A stretch of 64,000 bases of DNA from a virus (taxonomy: Duplodnaviria > Caudoviricetes). Position 1 is the first letter of the stretch. Each line of letters begins with the position of its first letter. Below the pieces are notes generated by a model. The model saw only the letters and a list, made by a program, of their open reading frames with translations. It did not search any database and was not told the origin of the DNA. Positions 1 through 7,704 of this stretch are shown here, piece by piece. The position numbers and the translations under genes were made by a program. Location of the stretch: positions 6,539-70,538 of the IMG/VR virus record IMGVR_UViG_3300027563_000006; one strand, 5' to 3'.

Positions 1-2
1 CA

Positions 3-1565
3 GTAATCAAGCAGTTGATTGACGCTGGAGTCTACGTGCGGGTGGAGCTTGGCGATGTCCAAGTTGCTCCGTCTCGTGAGGACTTGCAGTATTCGCAGAA
101 GACAATTCAAGGCTTGGTCAAGAATCTTAATCCAGTCATTGACTCGATGGGTTCGACCTTGCTTGCTGACATTCAGTCTGCTCCAGATTACTTTCAAGCT
201 CACTTGATCTTGAGGAAGTTCACTGGCACTGGTGGATATAGTTCTTCCAGCTTCCGTGAAGGTATCGTCAAGAAGCTGAAAGGAAGGCTGAAGTGGAAGG
301 GAATCGATATGCATGAGGATAATCGAATTCCTCTATGTGTCTCGCCCCTCAAGAAAGACCAGACTGAAATCGAGTTGCTTAGATCTCACGGCATCACCGC
401 TATGAGCATAGGCAAGCGTAGCTGGGGCAAGGCTAAGTTCAATGTCGATCGCTCCGTTGACGAGCTTATTATCCACAAGGACACACTCGTCATGGTCAAC
501 GATACTGGCACTGGCTCTGGTGAAGCTCGCGTTCGTCACTGGTTGATGAACGGTGGTCCGTCTGGCGCGACCGTGACTATCATCAACTTCAAAAACGGTG
601 GCAAGGAGTTTCTCAACAAGACTCTGCCGTGGTTTGCAACGACGACATTCCAACAGGTGTCGTCTCTGCCCATGCCCCCACCGAAACAGAAAGGTGTGGG
701 TGCAGACGGAGTTGAGGTTGAATACGACAAGAATGTCAAACACACCAAGGGGAATGTGTTTGGCTTATATGCCAAGTATCAACGCCAAGACAAGCGTAGT
801 GACTATTGGGGAATCTCAGCGGTACCTACGACTGGCAAGAAAGTCTATGTAACACTCGACCAATTCAAGTGGTCAATGCCTGGTAAGGACTTTGATATGG
901 AGGAGTATTATCCTCTACATCGGGCAAAAGAATACTTGAAGGCAATCGGGTATTGCGATCAAATCTATGGCGTGAAGGAAGCTGATGTCGACAAGAAGGT
1001 TGATGCAACTTGGACTAAATTGCAGGATGCAATCGAGCAGGGGACACAAGCCTTCCTCAAGGCTAATCCCGACAAGGCTCAGAAGATTGCTGATCGTTAT
1101 GCCGTCTTGAGTTTCTTCAACTCTCGGGCAACCTATAACACCGATAGGCTTAGGAAAGAGGGTTGCTTCTTTGAGCGATCTTCTTTTGATCGTTGGGCTA
1201 ACCCAAAGACTGGTCCACTCAAAGACATCAAGTCCGACAGCCCATTCCGAATCTTTATGGATAAGGTTCTGGAGATGATTGGAGGACTGGAGAACAATGA
1301 GAAAGACTTGCCAGCCTGGCTTGAAGAACCACAGAATACTTGGGCTCTTGGCCGATCGAATAACGATGATAAGAAAGGTGTATATCAACAGCTCAAAGCG
1401 TCGTTGCCTAAACCTTCTTATGATCTGAAAGGTGAGGGAACTGCAATAGCTTCGAGGTACCCATTATTCCGCCACAACAACTGGCAGACAGACGTAATGG
1501 AGTACGCAACAGAAGGCACTGTCGAGTATGTGCATCTTGTAGATGCAGCTCGCAAAACAAAATAA
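3..1565 (+). CDS. rIIA: rIIA-like protein (5'-truncated by window edge)
   Basis: Frame open from position 3; GDVQVAPSREDLQY motif typical of rIIA-like proteins; directly upstream of an rIIB-like gene. Confidence 0.75.
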   Translation, partial: VIKQLIDAGVYVRVELGDVQVAPSREDLQYSQKTIQGLVKNLNPVIDSMGSTLLADIQSAPDYFQAHLILRKFTGTGGYSSSSFREGIVKKLKGRLKWKGIDMHEDNRIPLCVSPLKKDQTEIELLRSHGITAMSIGKRSWGKAKFNVDRSVDELIIHKDTLVMVNDTGTGSGEARVRHWLMNGGPSGATVTIINFKNGGKEFLNKTLPWFATTTFQQVSSLPMPPPKQKGVGADGVEVEYDKNVKHTKGNVFGLYAKYQRQDKRSDYWGISAVPTTGKKVYVTLDQFKWSMPGKDFDMEEYYPLHRAKEYLKAIGYCDQIYGVKEADVDKKVDATWTKLQDAIEQGTQAFLKANPDKAQKIADRYAVLSFFNSRATYNTDRLRKEGCFFERSSFDRWANPKTGPLKDIKSDSPFRIFMDKVLEMIGGLENNEKDLPAWLEEPQNTWALGRSNNDDKKGVYQQLKASLPKPSYDLKGEGTAIASRYPLFRHNNWQTDVMEYATEGTVEYVHLVDAARKTK

Positions 1566-1586
1566 AAACGAAAGGACACAGTAAGT

Positions 1587-2438
1587 ATGAACTACATCAT
1601 AACTGACGAAACAATAACAGCGGTCATCAACGGGAAGTCTCACACTATCCGTCGTGACCACGCAAATGCAAAGATGGTAATTAACGCGATCGCAGAGGGT
1701 CGTGCGGAGGGTGACATCGAGCAATTGATGGACATCACCAACGCGCTCAATGCGTATCTCGGCAACTCCGTCGAGGTGAAAGACGGTTCGGTGTATCACC
1801 GCGGTGAGATCGTTGACGAGCGCATCGCCAGACGAATCCTCGCCTTTATGGAGGAGAGTCTACCAGTGGAACCGATGACTCGGTTCTTGGAGAATCTCTA
1901 CAACAACCCGAGCCACAATAGTCGCGCTCAACTCTACCAGTTCTTGGAGCACAAGAACATGCCTCTTACTGAAGATGGCTGTTTCTTGGCCTACAAGTCG
2001 GTTGATCAGAACTACATGGACCACCACACTGGCAAGTTCTCAAATCGAGTTGGCCAGGTGTTGACCATTGCTCGACGCAGTGTGGATGACAATCCCGAGA
2101 ACGGATGTTCTTACGGATTCCACGCTGGCTCGCTTGAGTACGCTGGCAACTTCGGTGGCTCCGATCGTCGGGTCGTGATCGTCAAGATCAACCCCGAGGA
2201 TGTGGTATCGGTGCCCAATGACTGCGGGTTCCAGAAGCTTCGTACTTCCAAGTACGAAGTTGTTGCGGACTACACGGGGCCGTTGCCCAAGACGTACGCA
2301 GAAACGTACGACTCCACCGAGGACGACATCTACGATGAGGAAGATGTTGAGACCGATGAATCCGACAGCGACAACAGCCTTGTCACGGCCATCCGTGCCG
2401 CGGCTCATCAGTTGCTCGACGCAGTATCGAATCGCTAA
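1587..2438 (+). CDS. rIIB: rIIB-like protein
   Basis: PLTEDGCFLAYK...CSYGFHAGSLEY...VKINPEDVVSVP.D....KLR...YEV motifs; SD gaaagga upstream. Confidence 0.85.
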   Translation: MNYIITDETITAVINGKSHTIRRDHANAKMVINAIAEGRAEGDIEQLMDITNALNAYLGNSVEVKDGSVYHRGEIVDERIARRILAFMEESLPVEPMTRFLENLYNNPSHNSRAQLYQFLEHKNMPLTEDGCFLAYKSVDQNYMDHHTGKFSNRVGQVLTIARRSVDDNPENGCSYGFHAGSLEYAGNFGGSDRRVVIVKINPEDVVSVPNDCGFQKLRTSKYEVVADYTGPLPKTYAETYDSTEDDIYDEEDVETDESDSDNSLVTAIRAAAHQLLDAVSNR

Positions 2439-2444
2439 CCATTC

Positions 2445-2473
2445 GGGGCGGGTGGGCAAATCCCATCCGCCCC
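2445..2473 (+). other. 12-bp GC-rich hairpin without U-tract (RNA processing/stability site)
   Basis: ggggcgggtggg-caaat-cccatccgcccc, one G-U pair, intergenic after rIIB. Confidence 0.6.
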
Positions 2474-2488
2474 ATCTGAAAGGAATTT

Positions 2489-2728
2489 ATGATCTATAAC
2501 AAAAAAGAATTGAGAGATAGAGTTGCTGATCTAGACCCGAAGGAAAACTGCTACGTCTTGATGTGGACAAAAGACGAGTTTGAATGTTACTTCGGGGAAC
2601 AAGAGTTCAGCAAGAACGACTGGGAAGCTGTGCTTCAAGGTCTAGATACTGAGAGTGAGGAACAATCCATAAAAGAAAACATAGAGATTGAACTCCAAAA
2701 TTTGATTGATGAAAAGGAGGCTGCATGA
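2489..2728 (+). CDS. hypothetical protein (acidic, 79 aa)
   Basis: SD gaaagga; ATGA overlap with next gene. Confidence 0.7.
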   Translation: MIYNKKELRDRVADLDPKENCYVLMWTKDEFECYFGEQEFSKNDWEAVLQGLDTESEEQSIKENIEIELQNLIDEKEAA

Positions 2729-3003
2729 TTGAAGTCGAATATAAAGGTAAACAAGCCAAAAATATAGCGGGGACTAAGTTACCGCAAGGTTTAGGCTGGC
2801 ATAAAGAAGACGCAAAAATCATAGAAACATTGAAGCTTCGAGGCGGAGACGCTTCGGTTCTTCTTGCCGAATGGTGCGAGGCAACTGGATTGGACAGCAA
2901 TAACAATCTGGTCCGCAAAGAGCGATTCGAAGGCAAGAAACCTTGGAATCAAAAAGATGAGAACAAGAAGATCTACACTCGTGAAATCAGACTCTCTGTT
3001 TAA
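2725..3003 (+). CDS. hypothetical protein (92 aa)
   Basis: SD aaggagg; coupled start; 3' end overlaps next ORF. Confidence 0.6.
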   Translation: MIEVEYKGKQAKNIAGTKLPQGLGWHKEDAKIIETLKLRGGDASVLLAEWCEATGLDSNNNLVRKERFEGKKPWNQKDENKKIYTREIRLSV

Positions 3004-3631
3004 AAATAAGAAAGAGGCGGAGAAGATAGTCGGCACTCTATCTAAGCCTTCCAAAATGCCTGGGTTCGCATACTCGACCCCAGCTAAACACTGCCTTATC
3101 GGGCAGAAAATGAGGAAGGTTGCGGGTAGTATCTGTGCGTTTTGTTACGCACTGAAGGGGCGTTATGTGTTTCCAAACGTCATTGCGGCGATGGAAAAAC
3201 GTTTCAAGTCTCTGGCTGACCCGCTCTGGGTGAGCGCCATCTCGTATCTGATCGGCGGGCGTAAGAATTCTTATTTCCGCTGGCATGATTCGGGAGATCT
3301 CCAAGGCGTATGGCATCTAAAGAATATTGTTGAGGTAGCGAACAACCTACCAAACATTTTATTTTGGTTGCCGACCCGTGAGTATGCTTTTGTATCAAGT
3401 TACATTGAGCAAGGTGGATTGGTTCCAGACAATCTGTGCATTCGGTTGTCGGCTCTAATGATGGATGGCCCCGCCCCAGAGGGCATAGCCAAACGCCTTG
3501 GGTTGACGGTATCGGGTGCCAGCATGACTGGTAACTTCAACTGTCCATCGTCAAAACAAGGAAACAAATGCGGTGGATGCCGCAAATGTTGGGATAGAAG
3601 TGTATTCGCAATTGATTACAAGAAGCATTAA
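2981..3631 (+). CDS. GP88-family, radical-SAM-like Fe-S protein (start uncertain: 2957 ATG or 2981 GTG)
   Basis: LSKPSKMPG...C(x12)CAFCYA...FRWHDSGD...WLPTRE and C-terminal CxxCxxC (CGGCRKCW). Confidence 0.7.
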   Translation: MKSDSLFKNKKEAEKIVGTLSKPSKMPGFAYSTPAKHCLIGQKMRKVAGSICAFCYALKGRYVFPNVIAAMEKRFKSLADPLWVSAISYLIGGRKNSYFRWHDSGDLQGVWHLKNIVEVANNLPNILFWLPTREYAFVSSYIEQGGLVPDNLCIRLSALMMDGPAPEGIAKRLGLTVSGASMTGNFNCPSSKQGNKCGGCRKCWDRSVFAIDYKKH

Positions 3632-3636
3632 AATAT

Positions 3637-3855
3637 ATGAGCCTAATAAATAGAGCATCAGTTAAGCGGTCGGCTTTAGACTTGGCAAATGCCAAGTTTA
3701 AAGAGAGAAATAAGACGAGGCTGGAGATGGGAATCGCCCCTATGAAGTCAGCACCGTCGAGAGTTAGTAGTGAATTCATCGACACCTTCGAAGCCAAGGT
3801 CATTGGCTTGTTGGGTTCTATGGTTCACGAGCACAAGTCAGGAGCAACACTATGA
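3637..3855 (+). CDS. hypothetical protein (72 aa)
   Basis: ORF in co-directional operon, overlaps next start. Confidence 0.65.
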   Translation: MSLINRASVKRSALDLANAKFKERNKTRLEMGIAPMKSAPSRVSSEFIDTFEAKVIGLLGSMVHEHKSGATL

Positions 3856-4016
3856 GTAAAACAAAAACAATAACACCAAGGATGGTTGAGGATTGGTTAA
3901 TAGAAATGGATGATGTCTATTACATTTTAGCCGATATAGCCAATGGCAAAATCAAACCATCAGAGTTAAAGTCAGACATTTCAATCTATATAGATAACGA
4001 AAGGAGCTCACGATGA
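3852..4016 (+). CDS. hypothetical protein (54 aa, MSKTKTITPRMVEDW...)
   Basis: Read manually; SD caggag; ATGA overlaps at both ends. Confidence 0.6.
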   Translation: MSKTKTITPRMVEDWLIEMDDVYYILADIANGKIKPSELKSDISIYIDNERSSR

Positions 4017-4237
4017 ATTGTTATTGTATTACAAAACCAACGGAACAAAAGTTCCTATCGATCGACGACAAATGGGTGGACTTCATCGCGGGTATCCGTG
4101 ACGACTCCATCCGAGGCTACACCTCTGAGGAGATGGAAGCCTTGAACAACGATGCAACGAAGCATGGAGGCGAGGTGCGACAGCATCCGTCTCCCGACGG
4201 AGTCACACTTCCCTTGTTTTATGACTGGGGTACGTGA
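4013..4237 (+). CDS. hypothetical protein (74 aa)
   Basis: SD gaaaggag; coupled start. Confidence 0.6.
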   Translation: MNCYCITKPTEQKFLSIDDKWVDFIAGIRDDSIRGYTSEEMEALNNDATKHGGEVRQHPSPDGVTLPLFYDWGT

Positions 4238-4859
4238 AGTATTTGAGGGACTGAAGTCCCGAGAGGTTAGCCGTTACGTCAACTACTGGGACAAGATTAA
4301 GCCCAAGTCCCGTGAAGACGAATGGCGCTTCTGGATTTTCTCGATTCTCGCGGCCAACTTCGGTTGGAAGCAGAACGTGAAAGCCTTTAACGCAATCAAG
4401 AATCGCGACTCGTGGAAGTCCGACCTTGGCAAGCTACAGTTCGAACTGTATCAAACCAAGACTGGACTGTGGCGGACGAAAGCCGTGAGCATCTGGAAGT
4501 TTGATCAGATGTTCGCTGCCAAGCCCCACATCTTCGAGCGTTATCCGAATGAGCCGTTGATGCAATACCGTGATCGGATTGCGGACAACGTCCCAGGATT
4601 GGCGATTGCAAAGTCCAGCTTCTATGTGGAGATGAAACATCACGAAGAGTCAAACGTTGTTTGCCTCGATCGTCGTGTGCTCAAGTCTATCCACAAGAGG
4701 GACAGGAACGTGAACAGGACTGACTACCTCGCGCTTGAGAACGAGTGGCAGACCTGCTCACAGGAGTACGGTATCCCAGCGGCCTCCGCCAGATTCATCT
4801 GGTGGGACAAGTTGCAGGGGTATAAAAATAGTCGGTATTGGAGTGAGGTATTAGAATAA
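4221..4859 (+). CDS. HhH-superfamily DNA glycosylase/AP-lyase-like (OGG2/AGOG-like) protein
   Basis: HhH motif NVPGLAIAKSSF with Lys, followed by VCLDRRVL with Asp, as in archaeal/bacterial 8-oxoG glycosylases. Confidence 0.6.
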   Translation: MTGVREVFEGLKSREVSRYVNYWDKIKPKSREDEWRFWIFSILAANFGWKQNVKAFNAIKNRDSWKSDLGKLQFELYQTKTGLWRTKAVSIWKFDQMFAAKPHIFERYPNEPLMQYRDRIADNVPGLAIAKSSFYVEMKHHEESNVVCLDRRVLKSIHKRDRNVNRTDYLALENEWQTCSQEYGIPAASARFIWWDKLQGYKNSRYWSEVLE

Positions 4860-4861
4860 AT

Positions 4862-5065
4862 ATGAAAAAAGTAAAAGGTGAGATTCTTTGGGGCGCTGGT
4901 GACAGCATCCATAAGATCGCATTCAAAGCAGAAGTGGACACAGCCAAGGAAAAGGTCGACAGCCTTAAACTTGAACTGGACCCGCAGTTCCTTGATGACG
5001 TTCTTCAGAACGTGTACAAGGCGGGTGCAGATGAAGCCCTCCGATTGGCCGCTGTCCAAGGATGA
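4862..5065 (+). CDS. hypothetical protein (67 aa)
   Basis: ORF in operon. Confidence 0.6.
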   Translation: MKKVKGEILWGAGDSIHKIAFKAEVDTAKEKVDSLKLELDPQFLDDVLQNVYKAGADEALRLAAVQG

Positions 5066-5223
5066 AGAACAAACAAAGATTAGCATCGAAAGTGTTGGAG
5101 AGTATTTATTTGTTCTTCACACTCGTAGGTATGATGGTGGTATGTTGGTCCGTCTATTCGATGGCCCTCGGCACTTACGTCAAGACCTGCGAAACGATTC
5201 AAAAGAAACTATTGATGCGGTGA
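5062..5223 (+). CDS. small membrane protein (53 aa)
   Basis: Read manually; ATGA overlap; hydrophobic stretch IYLFFTLVGMMVVCWSVYSMAL. Confidence 0.55.
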   Translation: MKNKQRLASKVLESIYLFFTLVGMMVVCWSVYSMALGTYVKTCETIQKKLLMR

Positions 5224-5268
5224 TGATCTAGAAATTTTCTCCTATCCAGGTTTCGAAATCATCTAATT

Positions 5269-5384
5269 TATTCCCGAGTTCCTCGGGGGTGATGATACCC
5301 AAGGAACAAGCACGCGCAAATTGCAAAATATCCGCGACTTGTTCTGGAAGTATCGCCAACTCCGGGGACTCGGGAATATTTTTT
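5269..5384 (+). ncRNA. long imperfect stem-loop with 3' U-tract (structured RNA or extended terminator)
   Basis: 5269-5289 pairs with 5360-5378 (about 19 bp with G-U pairs); inner helices gatac/gtatc, ggaacaag/cttgttct, cgcg/cgcg; followed by a T-run. Confidence 0.55.
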
Positions 5385-5510
5385 GTCACAATTTTATCCT
5401 TCTACCTATAAGTATACACACAGTTTTAATAATTGAAAGCGTGACGAGGCACGTTAGCCAAATAATATCACGCTTTGTGTTCCTCATTTCCCCAGTTTGT
5501 CCTAGCTATA

Positions 5511-5538
5511 TTGACTTAGCAACCCTGCCAGTCAGCAT
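5511..5538 (+). promoter_or_regulatory. sigma70-like promoter, leaderless
   Basis: TTGACT-N16-CAGCAT, 6 nt before GTG at 5545. Confidence 0.55.
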
Positions 5539-5544
5539 TGAATT

Positions 5545-5805
5545 GTGCCAAAGAAGCTCGCAGAAGCAAAGTTTAACGAACTATCCGAACAGTTCCTCCG
5601 TGTATTACTCGCCGCAGCTGCGGTCGATGGTAAATCGGAAGAGCTGGTTATTACCCGAAAAGCTTTCCATGATCTCCACCAGAAATTAAAGGATGGCTAC
5701 AATCCAGAGATAGATGTTTGGTTTGAGGACAATGAACTACACGTAGCCCTAGCCTGGAGCGAAGTACCTATTGTTGGGTTCAGAAAAATCCGTGGCGAAA
5801 AATAA
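5545..5805 (+). CDS. hypothetical protein (86 aa)
   Basis: ORF directly after promoter. Confidence 0.65.
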   Translation: MPKKLAEAKFNELSEQFLRVLLAAAAVDGKSEELVITRKAFHDLHQKLKDGYNPEIDVWFEDNELHVALAWSEVPIVGFRKIRGEK

Positions 5806-5913
5806 AAAGAAAAAGGTTAAGAGCTTGATCGATCACTCGCATCGACCACGTCAGGGCCTGCTCGACAAGGTTGCCAAGCTGGCGTTATACCACAAGAATT
5901 AGTGCCTGGGGTA

Positions 5914-6054
5914 TCAATACTTACCCAATCCCCGACCCGTGTTAGACACCTTAGGCATAACGTATGGCTTTTTCTTTTCAATCTTAAGCGAAGGCGACTT
6001 GTCAGTTGGCATCTTCGCATTCTTTTGATTCAAATTAATAGAATAGTTTTTCAT
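5914..6054 (-). CDS. small basic protein (46 aa, ends RGLGKY)
   Basis: ATG immediately after stop of 6056..6439. Confidence 0.55.
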   Translation of the reverse strand: MKNYSINLNQKNAKMPTDKSPSLKIEKKKPYVMPKVSNTGRGLGKY

Positions 6055-6055
6055 A

Positions 6056-6439
6056 TTATTTAGCCAAACCAGTTTTCTCCAAGGTGTCTTGTACCGTAAT
6101 TCGTCGAGCTTGCGCCCGCTGGTCATATTCATCCATCCTTCGTTTTCTCTCTAAGTCAGCCCGCTTTTGTATCAATTCTTGTTTTTTAGCTTCCAGTTCT
6201 TTTATAACTTCTGGAGTCATAATTACGCCCGGCTCTTTTTCTACCGAAGGATTCTCACTGTATTTAAAGTTTTGATAATCCCGCCGCGCGCCACTTACGA
6301 GCTGACTATTCTTTGAGGAGGGGGGCACATTTTCTTTTGTGTAAATATTTTTTAATTCGTCTTTTAATTGTTCCCCGAGAACGGCGGGAGGTGTTGCCCC
6401 TATGTATCTTAAAGTCGATAGCAAATCTTTGTAATCCAT
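6056..6439 (-). CDS. hypothetical protein (127 aa, coiled-coil C-terminus)
   Basis: SD gaaaggt; end of late operon. Confidence 0.7.
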   Translation of the reverse strand: MDYKDLLSTLRYIGATPPAVLGEQLKDELKNIYTKENVPPSSKNSQLVSGARRDYQNFKYSENPSVEKEPGVIMTPEVIKELEAKKQELIQKRADLERKRRMDEYDQRAQARRITVQDTLEKTGLAK

Positions 6440-6475
6440 ATTATTTACCTTTCGATTTACAATGATTTTTCAAAA

Positions 6476-6628
6476 TTAAGATTCTTCTCGGCAACCAACA
6501 CGAGTTTCTAATTCTTGTATTCTTGGAAAAAATTCTTCTAGGGTTATCTTTCCATCCTTAAGACTATACACAAGATCAAAAAGTTGCATTACTAGTGTGG
6601 GGGATACGGGCAAGAGTTCGTGACTCAT
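6476..6628 (-). CDS. hypothetical protein (50 aa, MSHELLPVSP...)
   Basis: Read manually; start 1 nt after previous stop. Confidence 0.55.
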   Translation of the reverse strand: MSHELLPVSPTLVMQLFDLVYSLKDGKITLEEFFPRIQELETRVGCREES

Positions 6629-6629
6629 C

Positions 6630-6785
6630 TTACTTGCCTTTCGACTTACTGGCAGCGGTTAGCGCGATAGCAATGATCTGCGCTTTTGGGCGGGGCCGGC
6701 CACCAGCCCCACGAGCTTTACCTTTTTTCTTATTGTCAGCGTAAAGTTCGCTGATGTTGGCGGAGACATTTTTTCCTAGAGGCAT
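6630..6785 (-). CDS. small basic phage protein (51 aa, MPLGKNVSANISELY...QIIAIAL)
   Basis: Read manually; resembles common small basic phage proteins of the MPLKKG...NI...QAVAIAL type. Confidence 0.65.
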   Translation of the reverse strand: MPLGKNVSANISELYADNKKKGKARGAGGRPRPKAQIIAIALTAASKSKGK

Positions 6786-6791
6786 GGGACT

Positions 6792-6820
6792 ATATTATAG
6801 GGTGTAGGGTTGGGGGTCAA
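6792..6820 (-). promoter_or_regulatory. sigma70-like promoter, leaderless
   Basis: TTGACC-N17-TAATAT, 6 nt before ATG at 6785. Confidence 0.5.
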
Positions 6821-7020
6821 GAGCCCTTTTCAAGTTCGTCTTCAACGCCATCCGAATCCTTATCTTTGAAGGCCCCAGGATCGCGGGTGAAGATTCTCTT
6901 AGCTAACATATACCTTTCCTCGGCGGTCATCTCCACCCAAACCTCAGTCCTACCTCTTGGCTTCCAGAGGATTAGGATTACTACTATCCCAACAAAAAAT
7001 ATAACGGGCCAGAAGATCAT
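6817..7020 (-). CDS. small membrane-anchored protein (67 aa)
   Basis: N-terminal TM MIFWPVIFFVGIVVILILW; ATGA overlap with upstream gene. Confidence 0.6.
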   Translation of the reverse strand: MIFWPVIFFVGIVVILILWKPRGRTEVWVEMTAEERYMLAKRIFTRDPGAFKDKDSDGVEDELEKGS

Positions 7021-7247
7021 TTGCCTAGCCCTGTTTTTTTCTTCCAGCTTATACGTTCCGAGCTTGTCTTTTTCTTTGCCGACGAGTTGCACATCGACTT
7101 GGTGGGCCGGCAGGCCGGGTAACTTCCTCCGCTGTCCGCCGACTTCCGACCACACGGACCGCCAGTCTTGCAGTTAATCCAGCCCTTTCCCTTGTTGCGG
7201 GAGAACCAACCGTGTAGCCCCTTTTTCTTTTCGAGTTCGAAGCCCAC
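7017..7247 (-). CDS. small basic Cys-containing conserved phage protein
   Basis: GLHGWF...W.NCKTGGPCGR...YPACRP motif familiar from aquatic phage hypothetical proteins. Confidence 0.7.
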   Translation of the reverse strand: MGFELEKKKGLHGWFSRNKGKGWINCKTGGPCGRKSADSGGSYPACRPTKSMCNSSAKKKTSSERISWKKKTGLGK

Positions 7248-7396
7248 TATTTCTTCCCCTTGTTACCCCAATTAGCTGCCCCTACTTTACGGCACTTCAC
7301 CAAAGCTCCGCTGGCGTAGGCCGAAGGCCATACCGCATAACGAGACTTTACCTTGCGGGTACAGGCATCGGAGGCTTTCTTTTTTCCTAGTGGCAT
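7247..7396 (-). CDS. small basic Cys-containing conserved phage protein (49 aa)
   Basis: DAC..KVKSRY.VWPSAYASGALVKCRKVGAANWG motif familiar from cyanophage hypotheticals; start at MPLGK. Confidence 0.75.
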   Translation of the reverse strand: MPLGKKKASDACTRKVKSRYAVWPSAYASGALVKCRKVGAANWGNKGKK

Positions 7397-7397
7397 A

Positions 7398-7691
7398 TTA
7401 GTATTTCCCCTTTCGATTACTCGGGTTAGCCGTGGTGGCCCCACCTGGACCAGCCCAAAGGTTCTTACAAGCCCAGTATTTGGCACTCAATTTGGTCCCT
7501 GGATTGTCGCAGTTGTGGCGAGCTCGGAAGGATTTACGAGCCGCGGCAGAGTAGTTGTTGCCGTATCCTTTGGCCCCAAAATGTACAAGCCTTTCTTTCC
7601 CGCCCTCACAGGCTTTGACCATTCGCTTCTTGCCTGGCCGTGTGCTAGGCCGAGGCTGATTGCAGGGCATACTGGCTTTTCCGAGGGGCAT
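7398..7691 (-). CDS. small basic Cys/His-containing conserved phage protein (97 aa)
   Basis: VHFGAKG...ARKSFRARHNCDNPG.KLSAKYWAC motif; TTGTAT-N16-TAGACT promoter 6 nt upstream. Confidence 0.75.
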   Translation of the reverse strand: MPLGKASMPCNQPRPSTRPGKKRMVKACEGGKERLVHFGAKGYGNNYSAAARKSFRARHNCDNPGTKLSAKYWACKNLWAGPGGATTANPSNRKGKY

Positions 7692-7704
7692 AACAAAAGT
7701 CTAC

